NCBI RefSeq assembly: GCF_009914755.1
Contig: NC_060930.1
From: the human T2T-CHM13v2.0 reference genome, Homo sapiens
Strand: one strand, 5' to 3'
DNA: 64,000 nucleotides
In this document: piece after piece, positions 1-17,427 of the stretch
How positions within the stretch are numbered: the first letter of the stretch is position 1
Layout: each line of letters starts with the position of its first letter
Notes under the pieces: model-generated
What the model saw: only the letters and a program-made list of their open reading frames with translations
Database searches by the model: none
Told to the model about the DNA's origin: nothing
Translations under genes and position numbers: made by a program

Positions 1-109
1 AGGAGAATCACTTGGAACCTGGAGGCAGAGACTGCAGTGAGCAGAGATCACGCCACTGCACTCCAGCCTCGGCGACAAAGTGAGACTCTTGTCTGAAAAA
101 AAAAAAAAA
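1..109 (+). mobile_element. Alu right arm with A-tail (cut by window edge)
   Basis: aggagaatcacttgg...gcagtgagc...ctccagcct...A-run. Confidence 0.92.
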
Positions 110-421
110 GCCATTCTGACTGGTATGAGATAGTATCTCATTGTGGTTTTGACTTGCATTTCTCTGATGATTAGCGATGTGGAGCATTTTTTCATGTTTG
201 CTGGTTGCTTGTATGTCTTCTTTTGAGAAGTGTCTGTTCATGTCTTTTACCCATTTTTAAATAGAGTTATTTCGTTTTTTTTGCTTCTTCAATTGCTTAA
301 GATCCTTATAGATTCTGGATTCTAGACCTTTCTTGGACACATGGTTTGTGAATATTTTCTGTAGGTTGTCTGTTTGGTCTTTTAATAGTTTCTTTTGCTG
401 TGCAGAAGCTCTTTGGTTTAA

Positions 422-761
<340 letters not shown>

Positions 762-1102
762 TAGTCATAAATTATTTCTTAAGGCTGATGTCCAGAATGG
801 GGTTCCCCAGGTTTTCTTCTAGGATTCTTACAGTTTGAAGTCTTAAATTTAAATCTTTAATACACCTTGAGCTAATTTTTGTATATGGTGAAAGGTAGGA
901 GTCCAGTGTCATTCTTCTGCATATGGGCTAGCGAGTTTATTGAATAGGGAGTCCCTTCTGCATTGCTTATTTTTGTTGACTTTCTTGAAGATTGGGTGAC
1001 TGTAGGTGTGTGGCTTTATTTCTGGTCTCTCTATTCTGTTCCACAGGTTTATGTGTCTGTTTTTGTAGGAATACCATGCTGTTTTGGTTACTGTAACCTT
1101 TT

Positions 1103-1401
1103 TTTATTTATTATTGTTATTTTTTTGAGATGGAGTCTTGCTCTGTCGCCCAGGCTGGAGTGCAGTGGCGCGATCTTGGCTCCACTGCAAGCTCTGCCTC
1201 CTGGGTTCACACCATTCTCCTGCCTCAGCCTCCCGAGTAGCTGGGACTACAGGACCCCACCAACATGCCAGGCTAATTTTTTGTATTTTTTTAGTAGAGA
1301 CGGGGTTTCACCGTGTTAGCCAGGATGGTCTCGATCTCCTGACCTCGTGATCCGCCCTCCTCAGCCTCCCAAAATGCTGGGATTACAGGCGTGGCGCGGT
1401 C
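1103..1401 (-). mobile_element. AluY-like element
   Basis: TSD ggttactgtaacctttt at 1086-1102 and 1402-1418. Confidence 0.93.
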
Positions 1402-2199
1402 GGTTACTGTAACCTTTTAATATAGTTTGAAGTCAGGTAATGTGATGACTCTGGCTTTGTTCTTTTTGCTTAGAATTGCATGGCTATTTGCCCTCTTTTT
1501 TGGTTCTACATGAATTTTAAAATAGGTTTTCCCAATTCTGTGAAAAATGACATTGGTAGTTTGACAGGAATAGCATTAAATCTGTAGATTGCTTTGGGTC
1601 ATATGGCTATTTTAATGATATTGATTCTTGCAATCTATGAGTATGGAATGTTTTTCCATTTGTTTGTGTTATCTATGTTATCTTTTAACAGTATTTTGAA
1701 GTTCTCCTCATAGAGTTCTTTCACCCCCTTGGTTAGATGTATTCCCAGGTATTTAATTTTGTTGTGGCTATTGTAAATAGGATTTCATTCTTTATTTGGC
1801 TCTCAGATTGAACATTATTGGTGTAGAGAAATGTTACTGATTTTTGTACACTGAGTTTGTATCCTGGAACCTTGCTAAAATCGTTTGTTGGTTTTAATAT
1901 TCTTCTGGTGAAGTCTTTAGGGTTTTCTAAGTATATAATCATATCACCACCAAAGAGAGATAGTTTGACTTCTTCTTTTCCTATTTGGATGTCTTTTATT
2001 TCTTTCTCTTGCCTGACTGCTCTGGCTACCACTTCCAGTACTGTGTTAAACAGGAATGGTGAGAATGGGCATCCTTGCCTCATTCCAGTTCTCAAGGGGA
2101 ATGATTCCAGTTTCTGTTCAGCATGATGTTGGCTGTGGGTTTGTCATATTATTTTGAGCTATGTTCCTTTGATACCTAGCTTCTTGAGACCATCCCCTT

Positions 2200-3275
2200 C
2201 TTGAGATACTTTTTTCCACCTGGTTTCCAGGACAATGCACTCTCCTGGATGTTTTCCTTTTTGCTTATTGTTCCTCACTCCTAGTTTTCTTTGTTGTCAC
2301 ACCTTCCCCTCCTTCTCTCCCCAATGTCTACATGCTAGCATTCTCAGAGCTCAACCTTTAGACCTCTGCTCAATACTGACTGCCTAGATGATCTCAACCA
2401 ATTCAATGACTTTGAAACTTGGAAAAGAATCCATATGCCTGTCACAGTCCCCCCATTCCCCAAGACAAACATACACCCTGCTCTTTATTCATTGCTTTTC
2501 ACCTCAATTAATGGTATTCTCTCTCACCAAATTGTTCAGGCCAAAACCTAGGCATCATCTTCCATTCTTTACTTATAATCAATCAATCATTAATTCCTAT
2601 TGGCTCAACCTTTAAAACATCCTGAGTCTGACTACTACTCACCATTTCAACCTCTAACCACTCTATCCAAGCCACCATCTTCTCTCATGTGGACTTTCTG
2701 CAGCAGCCAGTTCTCTATAAAAAAGCTAGAATGGTCTTTTTCACTATCAGTAACATCACATCACTCATCGGATCAAAATCCCACCAATGGCTCCTCTGAA
2801 CACTTAGGATAAAATCAACACTCCTTACTATGGCCCTAGATGATGTCACCTCTGCCTCCTAGGCCCTCTCAGTGTACACTCCACTTCAAGCATACTGGCT
2901 TTTCTGCTATTCTTTGAAATTTCCAAGCAGCTCCTGCTTCCTTTGCATTTGCTTTTCCCTCTGCCCAGGATTTCTTCCCCAAGGCTTTCTCATGACTTGC
3001 TCCTGCATATTATTTAGTTCTTTGTTCAAATATCATCTTCTCAGAATGGCATTCCTTTACCATCATAAACTATCCTATTAATAACAGCGTCCTCTAATTA
3101 TCTTCTGATTATTACCGTGTTTTCCCCATATCTCACTTATATTCACCTGAAATTACATGTGTGTTTATTCTTGGCCAACTCCACTATAACTATAAGGTCC
3201 ATGAGTGCTGGAACCACTAGCCCGGTTTTCTGCTGTATCCTCCATGGCTGGAATATAATAAGTGCTCAATAAATA
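2200..3275 (+). mobile_element. Degenerate L2 3' fragment
   Basis: Pyrimidine-rich L2-like text ending gtgctcaataaatatt; boundaries approximate. Confidence 0.65.
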
Positions 3276-3284
3276 TTATTATTA

Positions 3285-3490
3285 AATAATAGCTAACATT
3301 TACTGATTATTGCAAATAAGCAAAAAATTGTTCTATGCATTTCACCTATATAAACTAATGCAATCATTCCAATAACCTCATGAGGAAACTGAGGCTCAGA
3401 GCGTAAGTACCATTGTCCAAGGTCTAGAAAGTGGCAGAGATAGTATTCGAAACTGTTCAGGTTTGATTTCAGAACCCAGGCTCATAATAA
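3285..3490 (-). mobile_element. MIR
   Basis: Core gaggaaactgaggctcagag; aatagctaacattta end. Confidence 0.75.
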
Positions 3491-3815
3491 CTAAGCTTAC
3501 ATGATCAGAATTATAACCTTAGTGAATTGACTAGATGATAGATAAGCTAATATGCAAAATTTTCTTCACAGCAGGTTTGTTTTGTAACTTCGTGGAATAT
3601 GGCAGTCAGTGAAAACTAGAGTTATCACCCACAGGCAGAAACTCTTTTATAATGTAACATTTAATGTGAAAAGCTAATGTGATGTGGCAATATACACAAA
3701 TGGTGGTGACACCACAAAAGATATAGCTCTGCAATCTTTCTGCACATGGACTATTGACTCTTATAGTAAGACTTGTGAGAAAATGATCAGGAGATATAAA
3801 TCTCTATATAGACGA

Positions 3816-4184
3816 TGCTATAGATTGAATATTTGTATCCCCCCCCATTAATATGTTAAACCTGAACTCCCAGTGTGATGGTGTTTGGAAGTGGGGGCTT
3901 TGGGGAGGGGGTGATTAGGTCATGAAAGCAGAACTCTCATGAATGGGATTAGTGCCCTTATAAAGGAGACTCCAGAGAAATTTCTCACCACTTCTGCCAT
4001 GTGAGGGCACAACTAGAAGATGGCCATGTTTGCACCAGGAGAAAGGCCCTCACCAAACACTGAATCTGCTGATTCCTTGATTTGGGACTTCATAGCCTCT
4101 AGAACTGTGAGAAATAAATATCTGTTATTAAAGCTACCCATTCTATGGTATTTTTGTTTGTAGCAGCCTGAATGCACCAAGACA
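3816..4184 (+). mobile_element. MLT1A/B-type MaLR solo LTR
   Basis: TG...CA termini; gtgattaggtcatga; agaactgtgagaaataaa; tagcagcc...aagaca. Confidence 0.85.
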
Positions 4185-4501
4185 GGCTAAATAATAGCTA
4201 AGGTATGAGGACTACTGGTGGTCTGATAACAACCAATGAAAAGGGAATAGGGCATAGGGAAATACTGCCAGAAATAACAAACAAACTAAGAAAGGGTAAC
4301 TGTCCTGTTTTCAATTTTAAAAACTTATAAAAGTAGTATTATATATAAAACAAGATTCAATAAAGCAAGGAGATAAACATAATGACTTGTTTTTAAACAC
4401 ATTAGGATATACTTCATAATAAATAATTTACAAAAATTTTTGTCCTAATCTGTGTTAACATAGTTGTTGTTGTTGTTGTTTAAAGTACATAGTGAATGAA
4501 C

Positions 4502-4671
4502 AAAAAAATGCTGAAATAATTATTTTGTTAGTAATTAAGCTCTGTATTTAATACTTATAATTCTAGTTACAAGGTCATACATAATTTTAAAAGTAACTCT
4601 GGTTCTTTATTTTTTAAAAGTATATATCTTACATGTCAATGCTTTAAAATTTTTTTACAGCTGGAATGAAA
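4502..4671 (+). repeat. 170-bp direct repeat, copy 1 (partner 8023-8192)
   Basis: Manual alignment: 168/170 identical, offset 3521. Confidence 0.97.
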
Positions 4672-7600
4672 CATTGTTACATAAATAAAAGGTCTGGCAT
4701 TTTAGCTAACCTAAAAGGCTGTCTGTCCCTCAGCATGAAGGGGTATTTTCCATGATTATTTTTTCCTTTTAAAATTCTGTTTCCAAAGTAACATAATATT
4801 GTAGGGCTCTGCTTATAGCGGGTTGGATTGAATGTTGGCATGCTTAATTTTTCTTTTTCTCTGTTACATAAAAATGATACTGAAACATATTCAGATGGCC
4901 TTAAATATTGGAAATGATCACTCCTATTTACCTACTGGGCTGCTTTCTGAGGATAAAAAGTAGGATAATATGATTTTTAGTTAAAACAGCATTTTGGTAT
5001 TATTTGTACTGAGGAGACATCTGGGACATGAATCATGAATCTTTTGGAAACAGTTGTAATCACCATTATTCATGGAGGAAGGAGGTCATAGTGATTTCTG
5101 AATTGCCCCACCTGCTGGACCAAAGAGACCCTAACAATTTTAGAGTACTTAAACTTTATTGGGATGAAATTAGAAACATTTAAGCAGAAGCCAATTTCTA
5201 GCATATGAAAATTAGATTTTAATATTCTTAATTCAACATTAAAGTTTCCATATTTTCCACTTATTTAAAAAATCTAAACAATGTTCTACTTACTCAACGT
5301 AGAGTGAGAGGTGGTTAAAATTTGGGGAAGAAATTTTATTTCCAGTAAGATAATATGCTTCAGTGTTATTTTTATTTCTCCAACATGATTGCTTGTGTAA
5401 TGACAATTCTACGTAGTTATTATATCACTAAGCAGAGACTTACTACCGATAATTAAAAAATGTTCAAAACCAGATTAATAATAATTTATTTTGCCAAATA
5501 ATTCCTAATAAGATTCTCTGGAAAGTAAAATACCATGGAAGTTTTATAAATATGACTTAACTTATATAAACCCAATAAAGATTGCGTTTGCGATTTAAAA
5601 ATGTTTAGTTGGAGTACCCTTTGTAAATGTTCTTATATGCCCCGGGGAGCTTGGTGTTCCAATCTTGCCCATAGGATAGGCTGGTAACTCTTTGGGGGAG
5701 GACAATGTCAGCAACTCCTTTTGCCTTGAATGCTGAAGGTAGAACTAAACACTTGCCATGCTTACATAAAGCTATATTGAGCAGCAATGGCACACAGAAC
5801 TAGATACAAGCTTATCCCTTTGTTTTCATTAAGCTTTTAGGGCTCTAGTATAAATCTCCTTAAAAAATACGGATCTATCTTCTGTTTCTTTGGTATTCCC
5901 CACGTGCACTGACTATTGGATAGAATACATAGCAAACTTTAATAAATGACAAGCTAAAAGTATCTTTTACAGATAGCTTTGGCACAGAAGTTTATGGGTG
6001 CAACCTTTTTATGTACCTTACTTTGTAAATTTAGATAAAAGAGCAAAATAAGATGTAAAAAGGAAAAAAGAAAAGTACAAAACAGAAATGGGAAAAGAGA
6101 CAGGACATTCAAAAGGTTCCCGGGAGATATAAATTCTAACACTGTCTTTTCCCTGTTGGGAGCTGAGTTTTTATATAATTTTTCCATAGTAGTTGTGTCA
6201 TCTTGGGCAAGGTTGGGCCATTTTCTATTTTAATGAGACTGTTAAACTAGTATAAAATAAAATAAATATATTTTGCTATCTAAACACATTTCTTAAATAA
6301 CTAAAACTCATTCCTAAATCTAAACTCATTTCCTATTTAATCACCAACCTTTGGAATCCTGGTAATTGACAGTCCTTAATCTGTGGGACAGTTTAAGAAA
6401 TGAAAAGTAATTAAGAAAAAAAAAAAGAATAAAAATTTAAAACAGGACAAATTCCAGATAGTATTACAAATACATTTTATGCTTGTCGGAACATAACAGC
6501 TTAAAAACCTATAATCTACTAAATCACAATAGATATATTTGAGATTGAGGACTTCTATCGGGAAAATATTTCATTTCTCTATGTTAAAGAAAGCTTATAA
6601 GTGCAGAAAGTTAGAAGTTAAGAAATAATGGACAACATGGAAGGTCTCAAGGGAAAGAGACCCAGAGAAGTAGAAAGATACCTTTTTTCAAGACAGTTGC
6701 CATCTGTGCCTCTCCAAAAGATGCCAGGCAGCTCCCCAGCCTGAGGGTTAAGGAAGCTCTTCTCGCAAACCCTGGAAGATATCCCATTAGGTTTCCCCAC
6801 TAAGAAGATAAAGAGTAGCAGATGGGATCCTGTGATTGTCAGGAGGTTATTTGGAAATGGAAGGCCATGAGGTTGGAGGTGTTCACTATTATTCAGTTAA
6901 CCTTCCTTTCTTTCATTTTTCCTTTAACAAACTCTTTAATTTTTTTTTACGTGCTGGGTCCCCCACCAATGCTATTCATAACTGGCTTGTCCTTTTTATT
7001 TAGTTTTAAATTTCTCCCTTATAAAAACAAAAACATTCTTGCTTATTTTTTCAACCTTATATGTTTGAGAAAGATATTTTTGCAATTTTTCCTACAAAAC
7101 AATTTATAGTTGTGCCTCAAACACGATAAAATTCAAGCATTAAAAATGTTGTATTACTGAAAATGTTCTATATACAGGCAGAGCAAAGAATCAGCATGCT
7201 TTTAAAGAGAACAGTACTGAGAACGGCTAAACCTAGACATTTATTGACACATAAAAATTCTATTGTTCTGGTACTTTTCTAAATTTGGAATAGTTCTATT
7301 TACATTTAGACATGAAACTCATTCTTTTAGTCAATATCCAAGCTTGTGTGAAAATAAGAATTTCACTACTTTTAATATTCGATATATAAATAAAATCTCA
7401 TTTCATGTTGTCATAAGAACCATAACAACCGAGTGTACATTATAAAAATTAACTGAAAATTATTGAGACATAAGACATTTGGGGCATATTTTGCTTTCTT
7501 TCAAAATTGTCAATATTATAGCAGCATATTCTAAAAAATCTGTTCAAAAAAAATTTTCCCTAACTTTGAAGCTTTTCATTTCTATTCCAGTTTTAAAATA

Positions 7601-8022
7601 GACTACCTTCTAAAAGTCCACTGAACATATCAGATCATGATCCTGGTTTGCCACGATGACAGGCACTTTCTACTCTGGACTTCGGATTTCAGTGCCAACA
7701 TCATTAAGAGATTCTTCAAATTACTTTCAAAATGTCCTTTTCCCTCAGGATTTTTACTTATATCTAATTAGACTACTTACTCCATGCCACGTAATCCCTG
7801 TTGCCAAAACTGCTAAATGCTTCAATAACTAGGAGGAGGGCATCAATGGAGCAAGACAGATGTAATGTCACCGGTTAACAGTAGAGGTGTGAAGCAGCTG
7901 CCTTAATTATGAAGCTTACTAATTCATGGTGTTAGAAAAAACTTGGCAAGGGTTCTTATGAAACACCTAACATTTTCCAAAATAGCATCAGATTGTTTAA
8001 AACTTAAAATAATGTCTTCAAT

Positions 8023-8192
8023 AAAAAAATGCTGAAATAATTATTTTGTTAGTACTTAAGCTCTGTATTTAATACTTATAATTCTAGTTACAAGGTCATA
8101 CATAATTTTAAAAGTAACTCTGGTTCTTTATTTTTTAAAAGTATATTTCTTACATGTCAATGCTTTAAAATTTTTTTACAGCTGGAATGAAA
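8023..8192 (+). repeat. 170-bp direct repeat, copy 2 (partner 4502-4671)
   Basis: Mismatches only at 4534/8055 and 4626/8147. Confidence 0.97.
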
Positions 8193-8959
8193 TAATAGGA
8201 TAAAGATAGAATATGTCGAAAAGGAAATAGGGTATAAAAAAAAGTTCTAAGGAGCTACCTTCTATAGAACCTGTAACAACTTAATGAGATTAAAATTCAA
8301 TTTCGTTATTTATATATTAACACTTAACTTGAAGGGTTATTTGATGCTTATAAATAATGTATATAAACTGCCTAGCATGTAGTGGGTTCTCAGTAAAAAG
8401 TAATTATTATTTTTTAATCGCTGTATGGAAAAGATGGGATTAAAATAAATGGGTTTCTATTGTAGAAGGAGATTAGTGAAGAGAAAGTTTCGATAGAATC
8501 TTTGCTTTCCACCCAGACTAGAGTATTTTACTATCATTTAAGGATGACAATATCTAAAAACATAAGCCAGAAACAGCTCAGCTTCAAGGAAAGAAGAATA
8601 AATAAAAATAGCAGTCTCAAAAGAGATGTCACAGGAGAAAAAAAAAATGAGTGGAAGTGTATTTTCCTTCTCACTGTTGACTGGAGTAGTTTCATATAAT
8701 GGAATAATAATCAACAGGAATTAGTATCTGCAAGTATTAACAGACTGCCACATTAAAAAAAAAAAAGCCCACAATACTCTGAAGAATAAAAATATTCCTA
8801 AAGTATCCAGAGCTCCAACAGAAAAAAATTCATGCAAATGCCAGGCAGGTCCAATCCTGATCCCTACGTTGTAAAAAAAATCACCTATCACACCAAATAT
8901 GACAAGCACAATTCCATTTTCTATTTTAGTTCTTTAGTAACTTTTAATAAATTTATCCC

Positions 8960-9870
8960 ATCTCTTTTTGAATCTATAAATTTTTGGCCTATATTATATC
9001 TGTCAACTGAAGTAATAAATCAGATGGAACCTCCTACTAACTGTGAAAAAGTTACTGTTTTCAAGATCCAAAGAGGGCCTCTATTCATGATTTCAATTTT
9101 GGTCCCATTGATTCAAAGCCTTTGCCTCCCTAGACCAAAGTACTCTAATCACATGTCTTCTAACATTCGAGTAACTCACTTTGGACACATTCAGACTTTC
9201 TCTCTGATGTCCTTTTGATCTGAGGCCACCGGAAATGTATATAGCAAGTCTTCTCCATATGGACGATTAACATAAAGAACAGAATACTATTTCCTGTTTT
9301 GTTTTTAGATATTCTTTTTGATAATGGGCAACACCTGCTGTCATCCTTAGAGCATCACACTGAGCTGATGACTTCCGTCAGCAGCAACACCAAAGTGCAA
9401 GTGTCTTTCATGGTTTACTACCATTGCCCATAATTTATCTGTGTGTGAACACACACACACCCACCCACCCACACACACACACACACTCTCTCACACATAC
9501 ACATAGGAAGTTTGTCACTAATGTTCATTCTTCTGTATCTTGCCCTTAGAAAGTGCCTTACACATTGTAGACACACAATAAATATATTTTTTGATGAATC
9601 AGTATATAGTCTGTGGGTAGAATAGTGAGCAACGAAATTGAGTATGAAAAAATGGAGAGTAATACTTAAAGATAAGCTATCCAAGACAGGCACACTGCAA
9701 TATATTCTTAAAATATTTCTTTAGACAATTTCCTTTAGCTTAGCTCTATACTATTTGGAAGAATTCAGTTTCATCTGCAAACTCAGAAACTGTCTGTTGT
9801 CTCCATTCTTTGGTCAAAGGGTGATATTGTCAATATAATATCATTCTGAAAACTACCAGGCTGACCCCAA
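8960..9870 (-). mobile_element. Ancient CR1/L3-like LINE fragments, interrupted by a (CA)n tract (~9450-9502) and a short L2 end
   Basis: tccttttgatctgaggccaccggaaatgtatatagca resembles CR1 ORF2 antisense; aattcagtttcatctgcaaact reads FADETE (RT FADD-like) on the minus strand. Confidence 0.5.
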
Positions 9871-9995
9871 TCATTCCACATATAAAGAAAAAGAACATAA
9901 AAGGCGAGAATTCAGAGGATAAGGTATAAACAGGCATAACATATAGAATTTTTACCAATTCTGACAATCTTCTGCTAATCAATTAAGTAATTAAT

Positions 9996-11912
9996 TAAAC
10001 TTTAATTTTAGGTTCAGGGGTACATGACCAAGTCTGTTACACAGGTAAATTGTGTGTTGTGGTGGTTTGGGGTACAGATTATTTTGTCACCCAGGTAGTA
10101 ATCATAGTACTCAATAGGTAGTTTTTTGATCCTCTCCCTCCTCCCAGCCTACACATTCAAGTAGGCCCTTGTGTCTGTTGTTCCCTTCTTCGTGTCCATG
10201 TATTCTCAATGTTTAGCTCCCATTTATAAGTGAGAATATGTGGTATTTGGTTTTCTATCCCTGTGTTTCACGTAGGATTATGGCCTCCAACTCCATCCAT
10301 GTTTCTGCAAAGAATATGATTTCATTCTTTTTTTTATGGCTGCATAGTTTTCCATGGTGTATATGTACCACATTATCTTTATCCAGTCTACTGTTGACGG
10401 GCATTTAGGTTGATTCCATAACTTTGATATTGTGAATAGCACTGCAATAAACATATGCGTGCATGTGTCTTTACGGCAGAACAATTTTTATTCCTTTGGG
10501 TATATACCCAATAATGGATTGCTGGGTCAAATGGTAGTTCTGTTTTAAGTTCTTTGAGAAATCGACACACTGCTTTCCACAATGGCTGAACTAATTTACA
10601 TTTCTACCAGCAACATATTTTGACAAATTGTCACACTGCTTTCCACAACGACTGATTTACATTTCTACTAGCAGTGTATAAATGATGCCTTTTCTCTGCA
10701 TCCTCACCAGCATCTGTTGTTTTTTGACTTTGAAAATAATAGTCATTCTGACTGGTGTGAGATGGTATCTCACTGTGGTTTTGGTTTGCATTTTTCTAAT
10801 GATTAGTGACGTTGAGCACTTTTTTTCCTATGCTTGTTGGTCACACGTATATCTTCTTTTGAAAAGTATCTGTTCATTCATCTCCTTTGCCCACTTTTTA
10901 ATGGGGTTGTTTGTTTTTTTTTTTTTGCTCGTTAATTTGCTTAAGTTCCTTATAGATTCTGAATATTAGACCTTTGTCAGAGGAATAGTTTGCAAATATT
11001 TTCTCCCATTCTGTAGGCTGTCTGTTTACTCTACTGATAGTTTGTTTTATTATGCAGAAGTTCTTCAGTTTAATGTGGTCTCATTTGTCAACTTTTGTTT
11101 TTGTTGCAACTGCTTTCGGCATCTTTTTCATGAAATATTTGCCAGGGCCTACGTCCAGAATGGTATTTCCTGGGTTATCTTCCAGAGTTTTTGTAGTTTT
11201 AGGTTTCACATTCAAGTCTTCAATCCATCTTGACTTGACTTTTGTATACGGGTAAGGAAGGGGTCCTATTTCAATCTTCTGCATAGGGCTAGGCAATTAT
11301 CCCAGCACCATTTATTGAATAGGGAGTCTTTTTCCCATTTTTTTTGGTTAACAATTAGATGGTTGTAGATGTGTTGCTTCACTTCTGGGCTCTCTATTCT
11401 GTTCCATTGGTCTATGTCTGTTTTTCTGCTAGCACCATGCTGTTTTGGTTACTGTAGCCTTGTAGTATAGTTTGAAGTCAGGTAACATGATATCTCCAGC
11501 TTGGTTCCTTTTGTTTAGGATTGCCTTGGCTATTCCAGCTCTTTTTGGATCCATATAAAGTTTGAATAGTCTTTCCTAATTCTGTGAAGAATGTCATTGG
11601 TAGTTTGTTAGAGATAGCACTGAATGTATAAATTGCTTTGGGCAGTATGGCCATTTTAACAATAGCGATTCTTCCTATTCATGAATACGAAAGGTTTTTC
11701 CATTTGTTTGTGTCAACTCTGATTTTTTTGAGCAGTGTTTTACAATTCTCGTTATAGAGATTTTTTATCTCTTTCGTCAGTTGTATTTCTAGGTATTTTA
11801 TTCTTTTTGTTGCTATTGTGAATGGGATTGCATTCTTGACTTGGCTCTCAGCTTGAATGTTGTTGGTGTACAGAAATTCTACTGATTTGCGTACACTAAT
11901 TTTGTATTCTGG
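9996..11912 (-). mobile_element. 5'-truncated L1 (L1PA16/L1PB-like) 3' end
   Basis: 3'UTR ggttcaggggtacatg; ORF2 C-terminal peptides in ORFs 10278..10484, 10388..10582, 11081..11296. Confidence 0.9.
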
Positions 11913-12526
11913 AAATGCTAATTCTTATTTCAGAAAAGTTAATAGTAACACTTAAATTGACTACATAAAGCGTAAGAATTCTAACTCATTTTTTTTTAAA
12001 GAGAGAAAAATATATAGCTCAGTTCAAGATTATAAATACTTATATTCTCTAAAGGAAGAAAAGGTCCAAAAGAAGGTACCATCAGTTAGGACTAGATACA
12101 ATCAAGAGATCATCACTTGAAACTATGTTTTGATGATAATTGAAGAGAAATAATGGGTTTATATATTTAGAAATGTTTGGTAAAAGTGAATAGATGTTTT
12201 AATATTCTTTTTTTTTCCAATTTATGATTACCTTCTAGCTTATTGTTTTTGTGCCTACAATCATCACAATGCAACATATTCAGAAGACCCAAAATAAAAA
12301 TCTTTTATTATTATTATTATTATTATACTTTAAGTTTTAGGGTACATGTGCACAATGTGCAGGTTAGTTACATATGTATACATGTGCCATGCTGGTGCGC
12401 TGCACCCACTAACTCGTCATCTAGCATTAGGTATATCTCCCAATGCTATCCTTCTCCCCTCCCCCCACCCCACAACAGTCCCCAGAGTGTGATGTTCCCC
12501 TTCCTGTGTCCATGTGTTCTCATTGT

Positions 12527-16351
<3,825 letters not shown>

Positions 16352-16572
16352 TATGATGTTAGCTGGTTATTTTGCTCATTAGTTTATGCAGTTTCTTCCT
16401 AGTCTCGATGGTCTTTAGATTTTGGCATGATTTTGCAGCGGCTGGTACCGGTTTTTCCTTTCCATATTTAGTGCTTCCTTCAGGAGCTCTTGTAGGGCAG
16501 GGCTGGTGGTGACAAAATCTCTCAGCATTTGCTTGTCTGTAAAGTATTTTATTTCTCCTTCAGTTATGAAGC

Positions 16573-17427
16573 TTAGTTTGGCTGGATATGAAATTCTGGG
16601 TTGAAAATTCTTTTAAGAATGTTGAATATTGGCCCCCACTCTCTTCTAGCTTGTAGAGTTTCTGCCGAGAGATCCGCTGTTAGTCTGATGGGCTTCCCTT
16701 TGTGGGTAACCCGACCTTTCCCTCTGGCTGCCCTTAACATTTTTTCCTTCATTTCAACTTTGGTGAATCTGACACTTATGTGTCTTGGAGTTGCTCTTCT
16801 CGAGGAGTATCTTTGTGGTGTTCTCTGTATTTCCTGAATCTGAATGTTGGCCTGCCTTGCTAGATTGGGGAAGTTCTCCTGGATAATATCCTGCAGAGTG
16901 TTTTCCAAATTGGTTCCATTCTCCCCGTCATTTTCAGGTACACCAATCAGACGCAGATTTGGTCTTTTCACATAGTCCCATATTTCTTGGAGGCTTTGTT
17001 CGTTTCTTTTTATTCTTTTTTCTCTAAACTTCCCTTCTCGCTTCATTTCATTAATTTCATCTTCCATCGCTGATACCCTTTCTTCCAGTTGATCACATCG
17101 GCTCCTGAGGCTTCTGCATTCTTCACGTAGTTCTCGAGCCTTGGCTTTCAGCTCCATCAGCTCCTTTAAGCACTTCTCTGTATTGGTTATTCTAGTTATA
17201 CATTCGTCTAAATTTTTTTCAAAGTTTTCCGTTTCTTTGCCTTTGGTTTGAATTTCCTCCTGTAGCTCAGAATAGTTTGATCGTCTGAAGACTTCTTCTC
17301 TCAAATCATCAAAGTCATTCTCCCTCCAGCTTTGTTCCGTTGCTGGTGAGGAACTGTGTTCCTTTGGAGGAGGAGAGGTGCTCTGCTTTTTAGAGTTTCC
17401 AGATTTTCTGTTCTGTTTTTTCCCCAT
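16573..17427 (-). pseudogene. L1 ORF1p, frameshifted near the C-terminus (284 aa versus ~338 aa)
   Basis: MGKKQNRKSGNSKKQ...ARREWGPIFNILK, then leaves the consensus frame (RIFNPEF). Confidence 0.93.

Noticed and set aside
4502-8192. LTR retroelement formed by the two 170-bp repeats
   Set aside because: No TG...CA termini, primer-binding site, polypurine tract, outer TSD or gag/pol remnants are visible between the repeats.
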